Source: Trichomonas gallinae (lineage: Eukaryota). Taken from it: DNA of 41,400 nt. The DNA is taken from the NCBI GenBank assembly GCA_008369845.1, contig MRSU01009438.1, positions 1 to 41,400 on the forward strand. Direction: 5' to 3'. The notes beneath the pieces are model-generated. The model was not told the DNA's origin and made no database searches. It worked only from the letters and a program-made list of their open reading frames with translations. Made by a program: the position numbers and the translations under genes. Numbering within the stretch: position 1 is the first letter of the stretch; each line of letters begins with the position of its first letter. Positions 28,362 through 38,807 of the stretch are shown in pieces.

Positions 28362-31300
28362 ATGTTTAGTATAGGTCAGGGTTTTGAAGAAGGTGTTTTC
28401 ACTCCTCAAAATCGTTTTAATCCTGCCCAGCTGCACTCTGGTTTTGATCCTATGAATGGACTCACAACAATTCCTCCAAATGAAATTGCTTCAACTGATA
28501 TTCCGGATTCACTATCTGAATTATACGATTTTGAGAAGAAGCTGTTGAATTATTCAAGAAATGATGAGAAAACAACCGTTGAACTTGTTGATTTTATTAC
28601 GAAACATCCGAATTATGGTTTATACGAGTTTCAAATATCAATTCTTATTCGTCCTCGTTTAGATATTGATTATGCATATCTATTTTCAAAACTTCCAATT
28701 GTTGTAAAAAGTCTATTCAATGTTCATCTGGTTTCAAATCGTGTATTTTCTGAATACTTAGTTAAATTGCATGTGTATACACCGCAGCAGGCATTTTTAC
28801 TCTGTAAATCAAAGGAGACTCGTTATTGTTGCCTAAATTTAGAATTAATTCCAGATGATATGCGGAAAGAAGTAGATTTTGAAGTTATTGATGCTATGGT
28901 CAATGATTCCGTAGATTCTTTTGTAGAATATACTTCACGTCCAGATTTTAATTTTGATCAAACAGTTTGTTATGACAATCATGCTGTAACATACTTGAAC
29001 ATAGCAGCATTATACTCGGCTGTTAATATTTTCAAGTTTTTAATCCAAAATTCCGTGAATTTATATAAAATTGAAGAATTTGCATTGGCAGGTGGAAATC
29101 AAGAAATTATACACATTGTTCAGACTAATAACGGAAATTTTGAACATAAATCACTTATTCCTTTATGCTACAGACATGATACAATTTACGATTGGCTCAC
29201 TGAAAATCTTCCACAAGATGAGCATCCTCAATCTTACATGTTCACAAGAACTTTTTCAATTCCAGCTCTCATCAATTTCGCAAAATTGAACAAAACAATA
29301 TTTCATCATGATTTCCTCACAAGTTTGATTCGAGATGACCTTGTTGGAGCTGCAGTTGAGGCTGTTTCTATTTCTCCAGTACTTACAGATCAATTTTTCA
29401 TGACATTTAATCCACAAATTTTATCTGCTATGTTGGACCGTCTTCCAAGAAAGCTCTTAAATGATTTCTTAGACCAAGCAATCGAGGGACAATATGTTGA
29501 CCATATCAAAACGATGTTTTCTCATGAAAAATTTAATTTGATCAAACTCAGCGATAATATGATGACGAAACTCTCTAAATTCGCTCCAGATGTCATCAGA
29601 AGCTTGAAAGAAAGGTCAACATTAGTGAAATCAGTAGATGAAGCTATCAGCTTATTCAAGAGCGGGGTTGCATTAAATTATCAGTTGATTTTCCCAGTCA
29701 TCGACAAACTGATTTCAGACAAAGACTTCTTAATATGTTCAAAAGTTATATGTCGTTGCAAAGATTCAATCGACATCGAAACAAGGCTCAAATATTTATC
29801 ATCACATCATGAACTTTTTGGCGCTGTTTTTGATTCAATAATTGGCGAAGGTCCAGCAACAACTGAACATGTTCACATGCTTCTTAAATACGCAGACATG
29901 CGATTTCCTCCAAAGAATGTAAACGGAATAAATTCATTCGCGAAAGTTGCAATTCCGATGATGAAGGATTTATCGGTTCTAGAAAACCTCAAACTAGAAT
30001 CGTTAGTAAACAATTTTTCAGTTCTTTACACAGATTATTTGAAGAACATGTATGAACTATACAAAATTCCAGAATTTTCACCTAACTCAAAAATATTGAG
30101 CATAGTTAAAAAGAATGTAACTCCTTTCGAAATTAAAACTCAAACTAAAGAAAACAATCCACTTCTCAACAGGTTTCAACAAATGAGACTACGGAATGTC
30201 ATCGTTCGAAGGTTTAATGCTGTCACCCCGAATGCAATTATGCATCAATATGACTATGAAAAAGAATCTAGAAGAGACTTTAGATATGCACTTAACTTCA
30301 AATCAGAGAAAAAGGTTCCAAGCAACAGAACTCTTTGGAATTCCCCAGCCTATGGATTCAAACTGTTTGCAGAAGCGATTGATTTAGCTATTATTCACTC
30401 GCCAATTATCAATGAATTCAAGTCAGACGAAAATCATCTGTTCGATATTATCGGAGCCAATCCAATGTATTTATACGCCATCGATGAGTTCAACGAAAAT
30501 ATTATTCGCAGAATAATCGACTTATACAAGTCCTCTGATAAAGTTTATATCCATTCTGTTAATCGTTTTGTTTCTCAATCATCAATCCACAATTTTGTTG
30601 ATATTCACGAACTCACGAAGGATATTAATAACAGATGTTTTCTCGGCGCATTATTCTATCCAAAACTAGAAGATTATGAAAGCATCAAAAATATTCCATG
30701 GATGAAAATGAACATATTAGATAATCCGAGGAATGGCGTCCACTACACCCTCGATGCTCTCCTGCCAAGTAGAGCTGGAATGCATTTGCTTATGGAAAAA
30801 GTTGCTGCAATTCCGTTTTGCAATTTCTCTGTTGCAGATATTCCTACTATCGAACGCGATGTTAATGTAGATCGATTTGGTTTTCTGTATAATGTTTCTG
30901 GAGAAAGTATTGATTGCTTCATTCAGAATGATACATTTATCAAAAATTGCTCAGATCAATTTATATTCATGGCATTCAGCAAGTTAAGATCCTACAACGC
31001 AATGCCACTGATAAAAGAGTGTCTCAGGAGATTTGACTCAACTTATAAATTTGTCGCGGCATTGAGCAAGATTGAGCTATATGATATCAAGGAATTTCAG
31101 GATTCCATTCCAATAGATGTTCTCACATATTTAAGTGCATTCATCTTCCAAGAACCACTCTCTCCGGATGGATCATTACTTGTCGAAACTCCACAATTAC
31201 TTAACATATCTAATGCAACGCCTAGTATTGATATAATGTTGTCACGCACAGAAATTAAAAATCAGACGGCACCAACACCCCCGGCTTTCGACTTCATTTT

Positions 31301-32639
31301 CTCTCATTATAAGCCAACACCATATGTTAGCATGTTCCTCTTCATGAAGGCCATCGAATACAACAATTTAGAGGTCATGAAATTCATTATGTCAAATTAC
31401 GACATTGATATCAACGCAATCATGCAGGTGACACCTCTCCAAAATGCAATGATTTGTAAGAACATTCCAGCGTTTGAATACTTAATTGAGCATGGCGCAT
31501 CATTTAAATTCTTAGGAATTGGAACTCCAATAATGGTAATCTGGCAAATTCAAACAATAGAAAACAACATGAGTTCAAAGACAGGTTTTTCACATCGGTT
31601 TATTGCACTGTTGCTCAACAAATATAGGCATTTGATTGATATAGAAGCCGAGAAAACAGTCAACTTCTTAAACCCAGAACTTATTGGCCTACCAGTAACA
31701 AAAGTTAATTTCAAAGCATTCGATCGTTCCCGCGCTGATTTTCAGAAGACTCCTGAAATACAATTTGATCTAAACATGCAAGTATCGAATGAAATTACAT
31801 TCGGTAGTATAATTGAAGCAATAATGACAGTGTCCAACTATAATGGTCCACTCACTCAATATTTCAATAAGCAAAATAAACCATTCGATCAGCAGAGGTG
31901 GACTGAAATACAAGGATCAATTGGCAGCGCGAGTGATGATGTTAAACTTGCATATTCGATTATCAAAGGTATAGATGTCATCGAAAAAGTTAATGTTCCA
32001 ATTGACTCCATTTTATACTTGCCAGTCGTTGCAGGTGATTTTAACATCGTCCAGAAACTTTTCAGCTTCCCAGAAGCAAAATTATCTATTGAAGGTCTTC
32101 CAGTTCGCGTCAGTCCAGTTCTTCAATGCATCGTTGATGATCGTGTCGACATTCTTGACTTCTTCGTTAATAACGGATTCGATATCAACACAATTTACTC
32201 TCTCGAGTGTGTCACGCCGATTAACGTGTCTATCTTGTACAACGCTCCAAATTGCTTCGACTATCTTGTTTCTCGTTGCTCACTCGAACACATTGTTGTC
32301 ATGTCACCAATGATGTGTGCAATGTATGCACTATCACTAGGCAATCCTAAGTACGTCAATGACCTTCTTCCACTCATCAATGTTGAACATGAGCTTCTTG
32401 TTAATCCTCATCTTCGTGATTACATGAAGAATCCAAATCCTGTTGGTTTCAAATACGATGGGCCTGCATCATTCCCAATACTAAGCAAAGGAGTGAGAAA
32501 CCCGAACGTAAACTTGGATCAAATTCATGAAAAAATACTCCGCTACCTTAACAATCGCATCGCTTCCCAGCATGAAGTCTCTGAAATCCTTGAATACAAA
32601 TTCTATATGAACCGAAATCACCATGTTTTTAATTTATAA
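28362..32639 (+). CDS. Large ankyrin-repeat protein with a DUF3447-like N-terminal region
   Basis: DAMVNDSVDSF...LNIAALYSAVNIFKFL...ALAGGNQEIIHIV is the trichomonad DUF3447-type pattern. C-terminal ankyrins include KAIEYNNLEVMKFI, TPLQNAMICKNIPAFEYLIEHGA and TPINVSILYNAPNCFDYL. Confidence 0.75.
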   Translation: MFSIGQGFEEGVFTPQNRFNPAQLHSGFDPMNGLTTIPPNEIASTDIPDSLSELYDFEKKLLNYSRNDEKTTVELVDFITKHPNYGLYEFQISILIRPRLDIDYAYLFSKLPIVVKSLFNVHLVSNRVFSEYLVKLHVYTPQQAFLLCKSKETRYCCLNLELIPDDMRKEVDFEVIDAMVNDSVDSFVEYTSRPDFNFDQTVCYDNHAVTYLNIAALYSAVNIFKFLIQNSVNLYKIEEFALAGGNQEIIHIVQTNNGNFEHKSLIPLCYRHDTIYDWLTENLPQDEHPQSYMFTRTFSIPALINFAKLNKTIFHHDFLTSLIRDDLVGAAVEAVSISPVLTDQFFMTFNPQILSAMLDRLPRKLLNDFLDQAIEGQYVDHIKTMFSHEKFNLIKLSDNMMTKLSKFAPDVIRSLKERSTLVKSVDEAISLFKSGVALNYQLIFPVIDKLISDKDFLICSKVICRCKDSIDIETRLKYLSSHHELFGAVFDSIIGEGPATTEHVHMLLKYADMRFPPKNVNGINSFAKVAIPMMKDLSVLENLKLESLVNNFSVLYTDYLKNMYELYKIPEFSPNSKILSIVKKNVTPFEIKTQTKENNPLLNRFQQMRLRNVIVRRFNAVTPNAIMHQYDYEKESRRDFRYALNFKSEKKVPSNRTLWNSPAYGFKLFAEAIDLAIIHSPIINEFKSDENHLFDIIGANPMYLYAIDEFNENIIRRIIDLYKSSDKVYIHSVNRFVSQSSIHNFVDIHELTKDINNRCFLGALFYPKLEDYESIKNIPWMKMNILDNPRNGVHYTLDALLPSRAGMHLLMEKVAAIPFCNFSVADIPTIERDVNVDRFGFLYNVSGESIDCFIQNDTFIKNCSDQFIFMAFSKLRSYNAMPLIKECLRRFDSTYKFVAALSKIELYDIKEFQDSIPIDVLTYLSAFIFQEPLSPDGSLLVETPQLLNISNATPSIDIMLSRTEIKNQTAPTPPAFDFIFSHYKPTPYVSMFLFMKAIEYNNLEVMKFIMSNYDIDINAIMQVTPLQNAMICKNIPAFEYLIEHGASFKFLGIGTPIMVIWQIQTIENNMSSKTGFSHRFIALLLNKYRHLIDIEAEKTVNFLNPELIGLPVTKVNFKAFDRSRADFQKTPEIQFDLNMQVSNEITFGSIIEAIMTVSNYNGPLTQYFNKQNKPFDQQRWTEIQGSIGSASDDVKLAYSIIKGIDVIEKVNVPIDSILYLPVVAGDFNIVQKLFSFPEAKLSIEGLPVRVSPVLQCIVDDRVDILDFFVNNGFDINTIYSLECVTPINVSILYNAPNCFDYLVSRCSLEHIVVMSPMMCAMYALSLGNPKYVNDLLPLINVEHELLVNPHLRDYMKNPNPVGFKYDGPASFPILSKGVRNPNVNLDQIHEKILRYLNNRIASQHEVSEILEYKFYMNRNHHVFNL

Positions 32640-32771
32640 TTTAAACAGTAATTAAACTTTTTGTTTATTGACAACTGTTCGAACATCCATGAAATATGCA
32701 TATATGTGAAACATGAAAATTTTATATTCAATTTATAAAAACATCTATAGTAAATATATTTAATTTGTATA

Positions 32772-35651
32772 TCAAATAAATAAATCCGGGTTGGATTCGA
32801 AAAGATGGGGATGCGTGAGAATCAATGCATGAGAAATATCTTCCATCTTAACATTTGATAATACAAGCAGCCTGATGATATCTACAGTAACAGGTAAGTT
32901 ACTGAGCATCCATGGGAGAATTGACACAGATTTTTCGGAGCTGATTTTCTCTCCAAATAATGCAAATGCAAGGAATACGGCTGCATTTGCGACTTTGTGG
33001 CAATCTTCGAGGCAGTATGAAACTATATCAAGAGCCGAATCCTTGAAACTCTTTGTTGCAGCTGCCAGTGAGAAATCATCCCATTCACGCTTTCCGATGA
33101 GTTTTCCGACGATTTGCTTCTCGTTGAGTTTCGTCGCGACGAACAAAGAATGGTCGCCGGCTTCGGTCATTAACTCTGATTTCTGTGAATTCGACAATGT
33201 TGATAAAAGTGTTGAGAAGTCTGATGAATCCAAAGTCTTGTATTCTTTGCGGATTCTGTCAAGCGATGATGTTGTGACTTTGACTTCTTTCGGTGCAGGT
33301 TGTGCGAGACTTGGATGCTTAACGATTGCCTTCAGGAGCTCGAATTCTTCTGTTTCTGGAATAGCTTCGAAAATCTTTCTCTGGCGCTCATCCAAAATAA
33401 GCGGGCATCTCGAGAAAGGCAAAATAGGAATTGCACCAAGAAGTGCTGCACTGAAAACAGCTGGAGTTTTATCAGGTATCTCCAAAAGTTTGTCGACAAG
33501 TGAATCAGTTTCTTTTTCTTTGATAGTCAAATGTATATACTGGGCAAAGCCTGCTGGATCACCTTCGCAAATGTTGTGATTCATCAGAAGGAACTTGCAT
33601 GCTTCACAAACATGAGGCCAGAGGAGAGGAATTTTAGAAATCTTTCTTGATTCGCTTGACAAATATTCGCCTAATTGAGTAGTCCATGATGTAATGCAGT
33701 AGCCGAGGCCAATCAAGTCATCCTGTACACTTTCCTTTTTAGTCAGAACTCTTTTGATGATTTTATCTGGATTTGTTATCTTGCAGAATGAAAGACCGAA
33801 TAGAGCCATCATTCTGACAATTGGAGCTTTGTCACCTGTCAATGAAATTAATTTTGGTGTGTAAACTGATGGAATTAAAAGTCCATTCGCTATAAGCATA
33901 ACTAATGCATAAGTAGCTGCATATCTTCTGTCGTCGCTTGGACTCTCTAAAGCTTTGTCTAATTCCTTTAAGTCTGTTTTTTCAAGCTTGCCCGCATAAA
34001 CATCTTGACCAGCTCGTAATATTTCGTGCAGCGAGTCCGGTATTTTCGCTGGCTCGTGGATTGCATCTGGGAATGCTCCGAGTGCTGCACTTATTAATAG
34101 CAAGCTCTGTGTAGAGCGAGGTTTCTTTAATTCAGTCATAACTTTCATCTGCAACATGTCACTCTTTGGATCAGCGACATCGAATATTGTCGGTCTCAAC
34201 TTCAATAAGTGTGGATGTTTTTCAAGAATGTTTGGTGGAATCCTGAGTATTGCTGCTTCAACTAAAGGCCTGTTAGTCTTGAATAATTCTGTGAGATGAT
34301 GTTCGCTGGCAGCGATAACTTTTTCTTCGTCTCCGCTTATTATGTTTGAAATGCATTTGTGTACTAAGGAATCTTCTTCATATTCATCTTCCGTGGCAGT
34401 CAAAACGCACTTGTAGTCCCTCCAAATGAATCCACTGTGCAATGAGCCACCATTGACAGAATTAGCCAAAGCTGATAAAAGTGATAATTTTCCTGAACAT
34501 GTTGTTTCCAAATGTTGTCTTATTCTCGGGAGGACTTTCGCAACAGCTCCTGGATTTCTCTCTGAGAGAAGCTCAAGGCCGTGGCATGCTGCAGCGATAA
34601 TGTCTTCTGAAGCACCAACTTCTATCTTAGCGAATTCACCCAAAAACAAATCCGTCAAATTTGGATTTTCTATGGCAGCCAATGCGAGAAGAGTGTATTT
34701 CATTGGTATCTCCTTCCTGATGAGCATCATTGTTGGTGAAGAAACTGCAAGATCGTGTAAAAGTTTTGGATCAGATTCAATTGTTGATCTTCTTTTAACT
34801 TCTTGACTGCTGCTGTGTGTCGCTTTGGCAATTCTAACGAATCTTGGCGTATTCATCGCGGATGTGGCAGGACGTAAAACCTGGATTCTTAGCATTGGAG
34901 GCAATTTTTCAATTGATTGTTTAACAATTCTGTTTTGTGAAAATTCTGGTGGATTTTCAACATTTTGATTAAGCCAATCGACGAATGCTTGTGGAACTTT
35001 AAGATCTGAGTCATGAATTAAGTCGATTAATGTAAATGGATCTGTTATAGTCAAAATTATATCAATTGCGAGGGATAATAAAGCTTCAGATTTGCATCCA
35101 TCGCTCAATAGCCAAGTGAAAAACAATAAAAACTCTTGATAAAATTCGATTGAACTATTTGCTGGAATTTTTGCAATACATTCAATGATAAACTCGTTAT
35201 TTCCACCAAGTCCACGGTATCTGAATAGTAAATCGTCCCTAATAAAGATTAAATTCGCATCTGGAATAATATTAAATAATTTTCGGCATAATTCTTTAAT
35301 AAACATGTTTGTTCCTGTTTGTATTAATATATAGCTTGATAATGATGGTCCTCTTTCTGTTTGGATAAGTTTGAAGAGAAAATCTGCACATTCATTCGGT
35401 GAAAGCTTCGAAATTAATATTCCAACCATCGGCAAATAATAATTTGGATCTTTTTCAGCTTCTATGTAGTTTTTAATGGCAAATTGTGCTTCTGGTTTAT
35501 CTGATATTTTCTGAAACCTAGAAAAGCAAAAATCATAATATATTTTGTTTTGCGTGAGTAAGTCGCGTAAACATTCTGAATCTTTCTTGACGTCACCTGT
35601 TGGAATTTGACTAGCAACTTCTAAAAGACTTTGAAGAGTTGACTTCGTCAT
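32772..35651 (-). CDS. Hypothetical helical-repeat (ARM/HEAT-like) protein, 959 aa
   Basis: Long intact ORF, Leu-rich helices, HEAT-like LESPSDDRRYAATYAL and DKAPIVRMMALFGL. Confidence 0.7.
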   Translation of the reverse strand: MTKSTLQSLLEVASQIPTGDVKKDSECLRDLLTQNKIYYDFCFSRFQKISDKPEAQFAIKNYIEAEKDPNYYLPMVGILISKLSPNECADFLFKLIQTERGPSLSSYILIQTGTNMFIKELCRKLFNIIPDANLIFIRDDLLFRYRGLGGNNEFIIECIAKIPANSSIEFYQEFLLFFTWLLSDGCKSEALLSLAIDIILTITDPFTLIDLIHDSDLKVPQAFVDWLNQNVENPPEFSQNRIVKQSIEKLPPMLRIQVLRPATSAMNTPRFVRIAKATHSSSQEVKRRSTIESDPKLLHDLAVSSPTMMLIRKEIPMKYTLLALAAIENPNLTDLFLGEFAKIEVGASEDIIAAACHGLELLSERNPGAVAKVLPRIRQHLETTCSGKLSLLSALANSVNGGSLHSGFIWRDYKCVLTATEDEYEEDSLVHKCISNIISGDEEKVIAASEHHLTELFKTNRPLVEAAILRIPPNILEKHPHLLKLRPTIFDVADPKSDMLQMKVMTELKKPRSTQSLLLISAALGAFPDAIHEPAKIPDSLHEILRAGQDVYAGKLEKTDLKELDKALESPSDDRRYAATYALVMLIANGLLIPSVYTPKLISLTGDKAPIVRMMALFGLSFCKITNPDKIIKRVLTKKESVQDDLIGLGYCITSWTTQLGEYLSSESRKISKIPLLWPHVCEACKFLLMNHNICEGDPAGFAQYIHLTIKEKETDSLVDKLLEIPDKTPAVFSAALLGAIPILPFSRCPLILDERQRKIFEAIPETEEFELLKAIVKHPSLAQPAPKEVKVTTSSLDRIRKEYKTLDSSDFSTLLSTLSNSQKSELMTEAGDHSLFVATKLNEKQIVGKLIGKREWDDFSLAAATKSFKDSALDIVSYCLEDCHKVANAAVFLAFALFGEKISSEKSVSILPWMLSNLPVTVDIIRLLVLSNVKMEDISHALILTHPHLFESNPDLFI

Positions 35652-35843
35652 TGATTGTCACGTTTTGGCTAATTTTTGAAATTTTACATGACAAAATTTT
35701 TTTGAAACTAGATTTCCTCCATATATAGATGATTAACTATTACATATATCATCTCTAATTAACTAATTATTGATATTATTGTAGTCAACCTAGTTCAATG
35801 ATGAATAGTTTTCGAGGATTCAATCGATTTAGATTTATAATTT

Positions 35844-35916
35844 TGACATGTAAATTATATATTTTCATTATTTATGTCATGTAAATTATTAATTTTCTAT
35901 GTATTTGACATGTAAA
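35844..35916. promoter_or_regulatory. Three TGWCATGTAAA motifs at exact 31-bp spacing
   Basis: tgacatgtaaa at 35844, tgtcatgtaaa at 35875, tgacatgtaaa at 35906; an inverted copy tttacatgaca at 35683. Confidence 0.6.
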
Positions 35917-36081
35917 TACTATTTTACTATAATAGAGAACTGAGTAACGCTTATAAGAATTCTATAGAAGTCAATACTATACATGATCTCCATATATAAA
36001 CTATATCATAAAATTTTTTGATATTTTATTACAGTAATGATTATATAATTCTCAAATAAGGCGATTTTCACGCTCTCTATC

Positions 36082-36260
36082 TAGGGATGCAACTTTGGAA
36101 GATTATTATTTTCAATTTTGTTTTGCATTCTTTTTGCCTAGTAAATATTTTATTTGTCAAAAAAATGTAAATTAATAAAAGGTTATTTTTGCCAACTTTG
36201 GAAGATTGGGAAAATGGAGTTTGGGAAATTTCCAGAATATCTTCCGAATTTGCATCCCTA
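36082..36260. mobile_element. 179-bp hAT-like MITE
   Basis: TIRs TAGGGATGCAActtTGGAAGAT versus TAGGGATGCAAattCGGAAGAT (reverse complement). Flanking direct repeat CTCTATC at 36075-36081 and 36261-36267. Internal copy of caactttggaagatt at 36193-36207. Confidence 0.8.
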
Positions 36261-36393
36261 CTCTATCAGCTAGGACTTTCCATAAAATTCAAAAACATAT
36301 AACATTCAAATATCCCCCGTTTTTAAAAGTTGACCCCTGTTTTATTTCTCATCACTAAGTAGCAGGAAGATCTGTCACTTTTCCTTTAGCAAA

Positions 36394-36750
36394 ATGACAA
36401 TGTCAATTGGCGAGCGCTTTCAACTCCTCAGACAAGAATTAAAGGAAATCGAAGCTAAGGAAATCCAGCTAGAAATAGATCTTCAGCAGCACGAGCGCGT
36501 TTTAGAAACAATCTCAAAACTCGCTCCAGAACGCAGAGCCTTCCGTCTTGTTGGCGAAGTCCTCGTTCAGAGCACAGTAGGTGATATCCGCCCAACACTT
36601 AAAGAACAGATCGAAAACTTGAAGGAGGCTGTTGCTCAATTCAAGCAAAATATTGACATCAAGCAGAAAGAAATTAGGAAATTCCAGGAGGATAACAAGA
36701 TTCAATTCGCTTCTGTTAGTCAACTTCAAGAGCGCGCTAAAGAAAACTAA
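36394..36750 (+). CDS. PFDN2: Prefoldin beta subunit 2
   Basis: QLEIDLQQHERVLETI...RRAFRLVGEVLVQSTVGDIRPTL matches PFDN2 'EH.LVI.TL....RKC.RMVGGVLVERTV.EV.P.L'. Inr TCACTT at 36375 and CCTTT at 36383. Confidence 0.88.
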   Translation: MTMSIGERFQLLRQELKEIEAKEIQLEIDLQQHERVLETISKLAPERRAFRLVGEVLVQSTVGDIRPTLKEQIENLKEAVAQFKQNIDIKQKEIRKFQEDNKIQFASVSQLQERAKEN

Positions 36751-37098
36751 AATATCATATATTAGGTGTTATTAACCAAACAATTACCATCATTTTTTGC
36801 TTAAACTGTCAAGTTACTTCATAATATATATTAATATTAATCCCTAAACTCAATCAAAATATCAATTTTCGTTAACAATAAATATAAGCAAATTGCTACT
36901 TTCACATATATTACAAACACGATGTCCATAAAATAGCCAATGGTTATCATGATACTATTCTTAATTTTTTGATTTCAAATATTAATAATTGTTATTATAT
37001 GATTATAATGTATTATCATGTGTTATGGGGCCAAGAATATGGCAATTTATAATCGTTTGTTGAGGAATTTTAGGTTTTTTGGTGTGAATGAATATATT

Positions 37099-37162
37099 TG
37101 CCATGTAAATGTTTTACACGGCATGTAAATAATTAAATGACATGTAAATATTTTACGTGGCA
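37099..37162. promoter_or_regulatory. Cluster of direct and inverted TG(A/C)CATGTAAA-type motifs
   Basis: tgccatgtaaa at 37099, cggcatgtaaa at 37119, tgacatgtaaa at 37138; inverted tttacacggca at 37113 and tttacgtggca at 37152. Confidence 0.55.
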
Positions 37163-37183
37163 ATTATCGGATTCATTTATCAT

Positions 37184-38470
37184 ATGACTGAACAACTTCC
37201 TAGAGATTTGGCAACATTGAAAAAGAAAATTGATGATCTAGAGAAGGTTAAGACGAATCTAGAGGATAAAATCGAAAATGAGACCCAGAAAAATCAAATT
37301 TTATTACTTTTGAAATCAGAATACGAAAAACTACGAGATAACTTTTTGGAAGAAGAGCAAAAGAACTTAACAGAGATCCAAAATCTTTCACTTGATGTTA
37401 AAAATGTTAAAAAGCTTGTTCCAGATAAAAAATACGTCGAGTTGCACGATACAAGTTTGGAAGAGGGCGAAGTTCATCTTATGGATGAAATAGAAAAAAT
37501 GGAAAAGGCTTCAAGCCAAATTGATTCATTTCAAAATAAATTTAATTTTGCCGATAAGAAACTCAAAGAACTTACGCCTCTTGTTGAACAGCTGGAGCTA
37601 ATTGTTTTGAAATACGAAAGTATATCCAAATCACTTACAAAAATGCCTAATTATTTTTTTAACGTTGAAGATTTAGAGAACGAATTAGAGAATTTGAGGC
37701 TGTACAATCCTATACGTCGTCAAACAATAGCAAAACGAATAGAAGATATTAAAAATTTTGAGATTGATAATTCCTTTAAAGTATCTGAGCTACGTAGAAC
37801 GCAAGCTACACTTGATGGAGCCCAAGCTGATGTTTCTACAGCTGAAGCCAATCTAGCATCATTAATTATAGAGCTTCAAAAACTAAATCTCGAATTACAG
37901 AATTCAAATAACAACGCAGACTCACTTAAAGACGACAAACTCACCAAAGTTGTGGCTGAAATAGATGAATACAAGAAAATAATTGATGAAAGAAAGAACT
38001 ACTCTGATGATCTCAAAAAAGAAATTGAAAATTCGCCAAAAACATTCAAGGAAGCAGAAGCAAACGATGAACGTGCTATAAATAAAAAGAAACAGCTCGT
38101 TAATGAGCTGATTCGTAAAATTAATGAAACAAAAGGTCAAATACTTCGTTCGAATTCTATGTCCGAAGAAGTTATGGCATTAACTGCAAAAATGGAAGAG
38201 GAATGGTGTACACAGCAAGAGTTAAGTGATAAATGTGCAGCACTTACTAAAGAACTCGTTCAATTAAAAGCATTAAGTGATAGAAAGAAGGAAATATTGA
38301 GTTTAGTCAATGATCTAGCAGCCAAAGAAGTGAGAAAACACGTTGGAATGAAGTCTCTTGACCAATTATATGAAGTTGCCGCAGAACAAAACAGATTATT
38401 ATCTCGGCAAATCAAAATGATTGAAGTTGAGTTTGAAAATGCTCAGAATCTCCTTGTGAGCCTTGCATAG
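37184..38470 (+). CDS. Coiled-coil protein of unknown function
   Basis: K/E/L-rich heptads throughout. First ATG is 37184, after Inr-like TCATTTATCAT (the track uses GTG 37157). Confidence 0.75.
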   Translation: MTEQLPRDLATLKKKIDDLEKVKTNLEDKIENETQKNQILLLLKSEYEKLRDNFLEEEQKNLTEIQNLSLDVKNVKKLVPDKKYVELHDTSLEEGEVHLMDEIEKMEKASSQIDSFQNKFNFADKKLKELTPLVEQLELIVLKYESISKSLTKMPNYFFNVEDLENELENLRLYNPIRRQTIAKRIEDIKNFEIDNSFKVSELRRTQATLDGAQADVSTAEANLASLIIELQKLNLELQNSNNNADSLKDDKLTKVVAEIDEYKKIIDERKNYSDDLKKEIENSPKTFKEAEANDERAINKKKQLVNELIRKINETKGQILRSNSMSEEVMALTAKMEEEWCTQQELSDKCAALTKELVQLKALSDRKKEILSLVNDLAAKEVRKHVGMKSLDQLYEVAAEQNRLLSRQIKMIEVEFENAQNLLVSLA

Positions 38471-38807
38471 ATTTGTATTATGTTCTAAACATTGTTATTA
38501 TTTTAGTTTAATTTTGATCGGTTCATTTAACAACGAAAAACTCAAATTTCAAAATTATTGTCGCTGAAATATGTGTGTGCACATTATGTAATATCTATTT
38601 AAATGATATAAGAAAATCGACTGGCTTGTTGATTTTTTTTTTCCCAAAAATACGGGTTTTTAATATTAGATTTCGGAACAATTGGGTGCTAAATTTACAT
38701 ATAGGTCATGTTCATGAATTAAAATGTAAAAGAGGCTTGATTTAATTACATAGTAAATACACACAAGAATTTATTCTTACATAAAAAACTAACAAAATGA
38801 TATTCAC

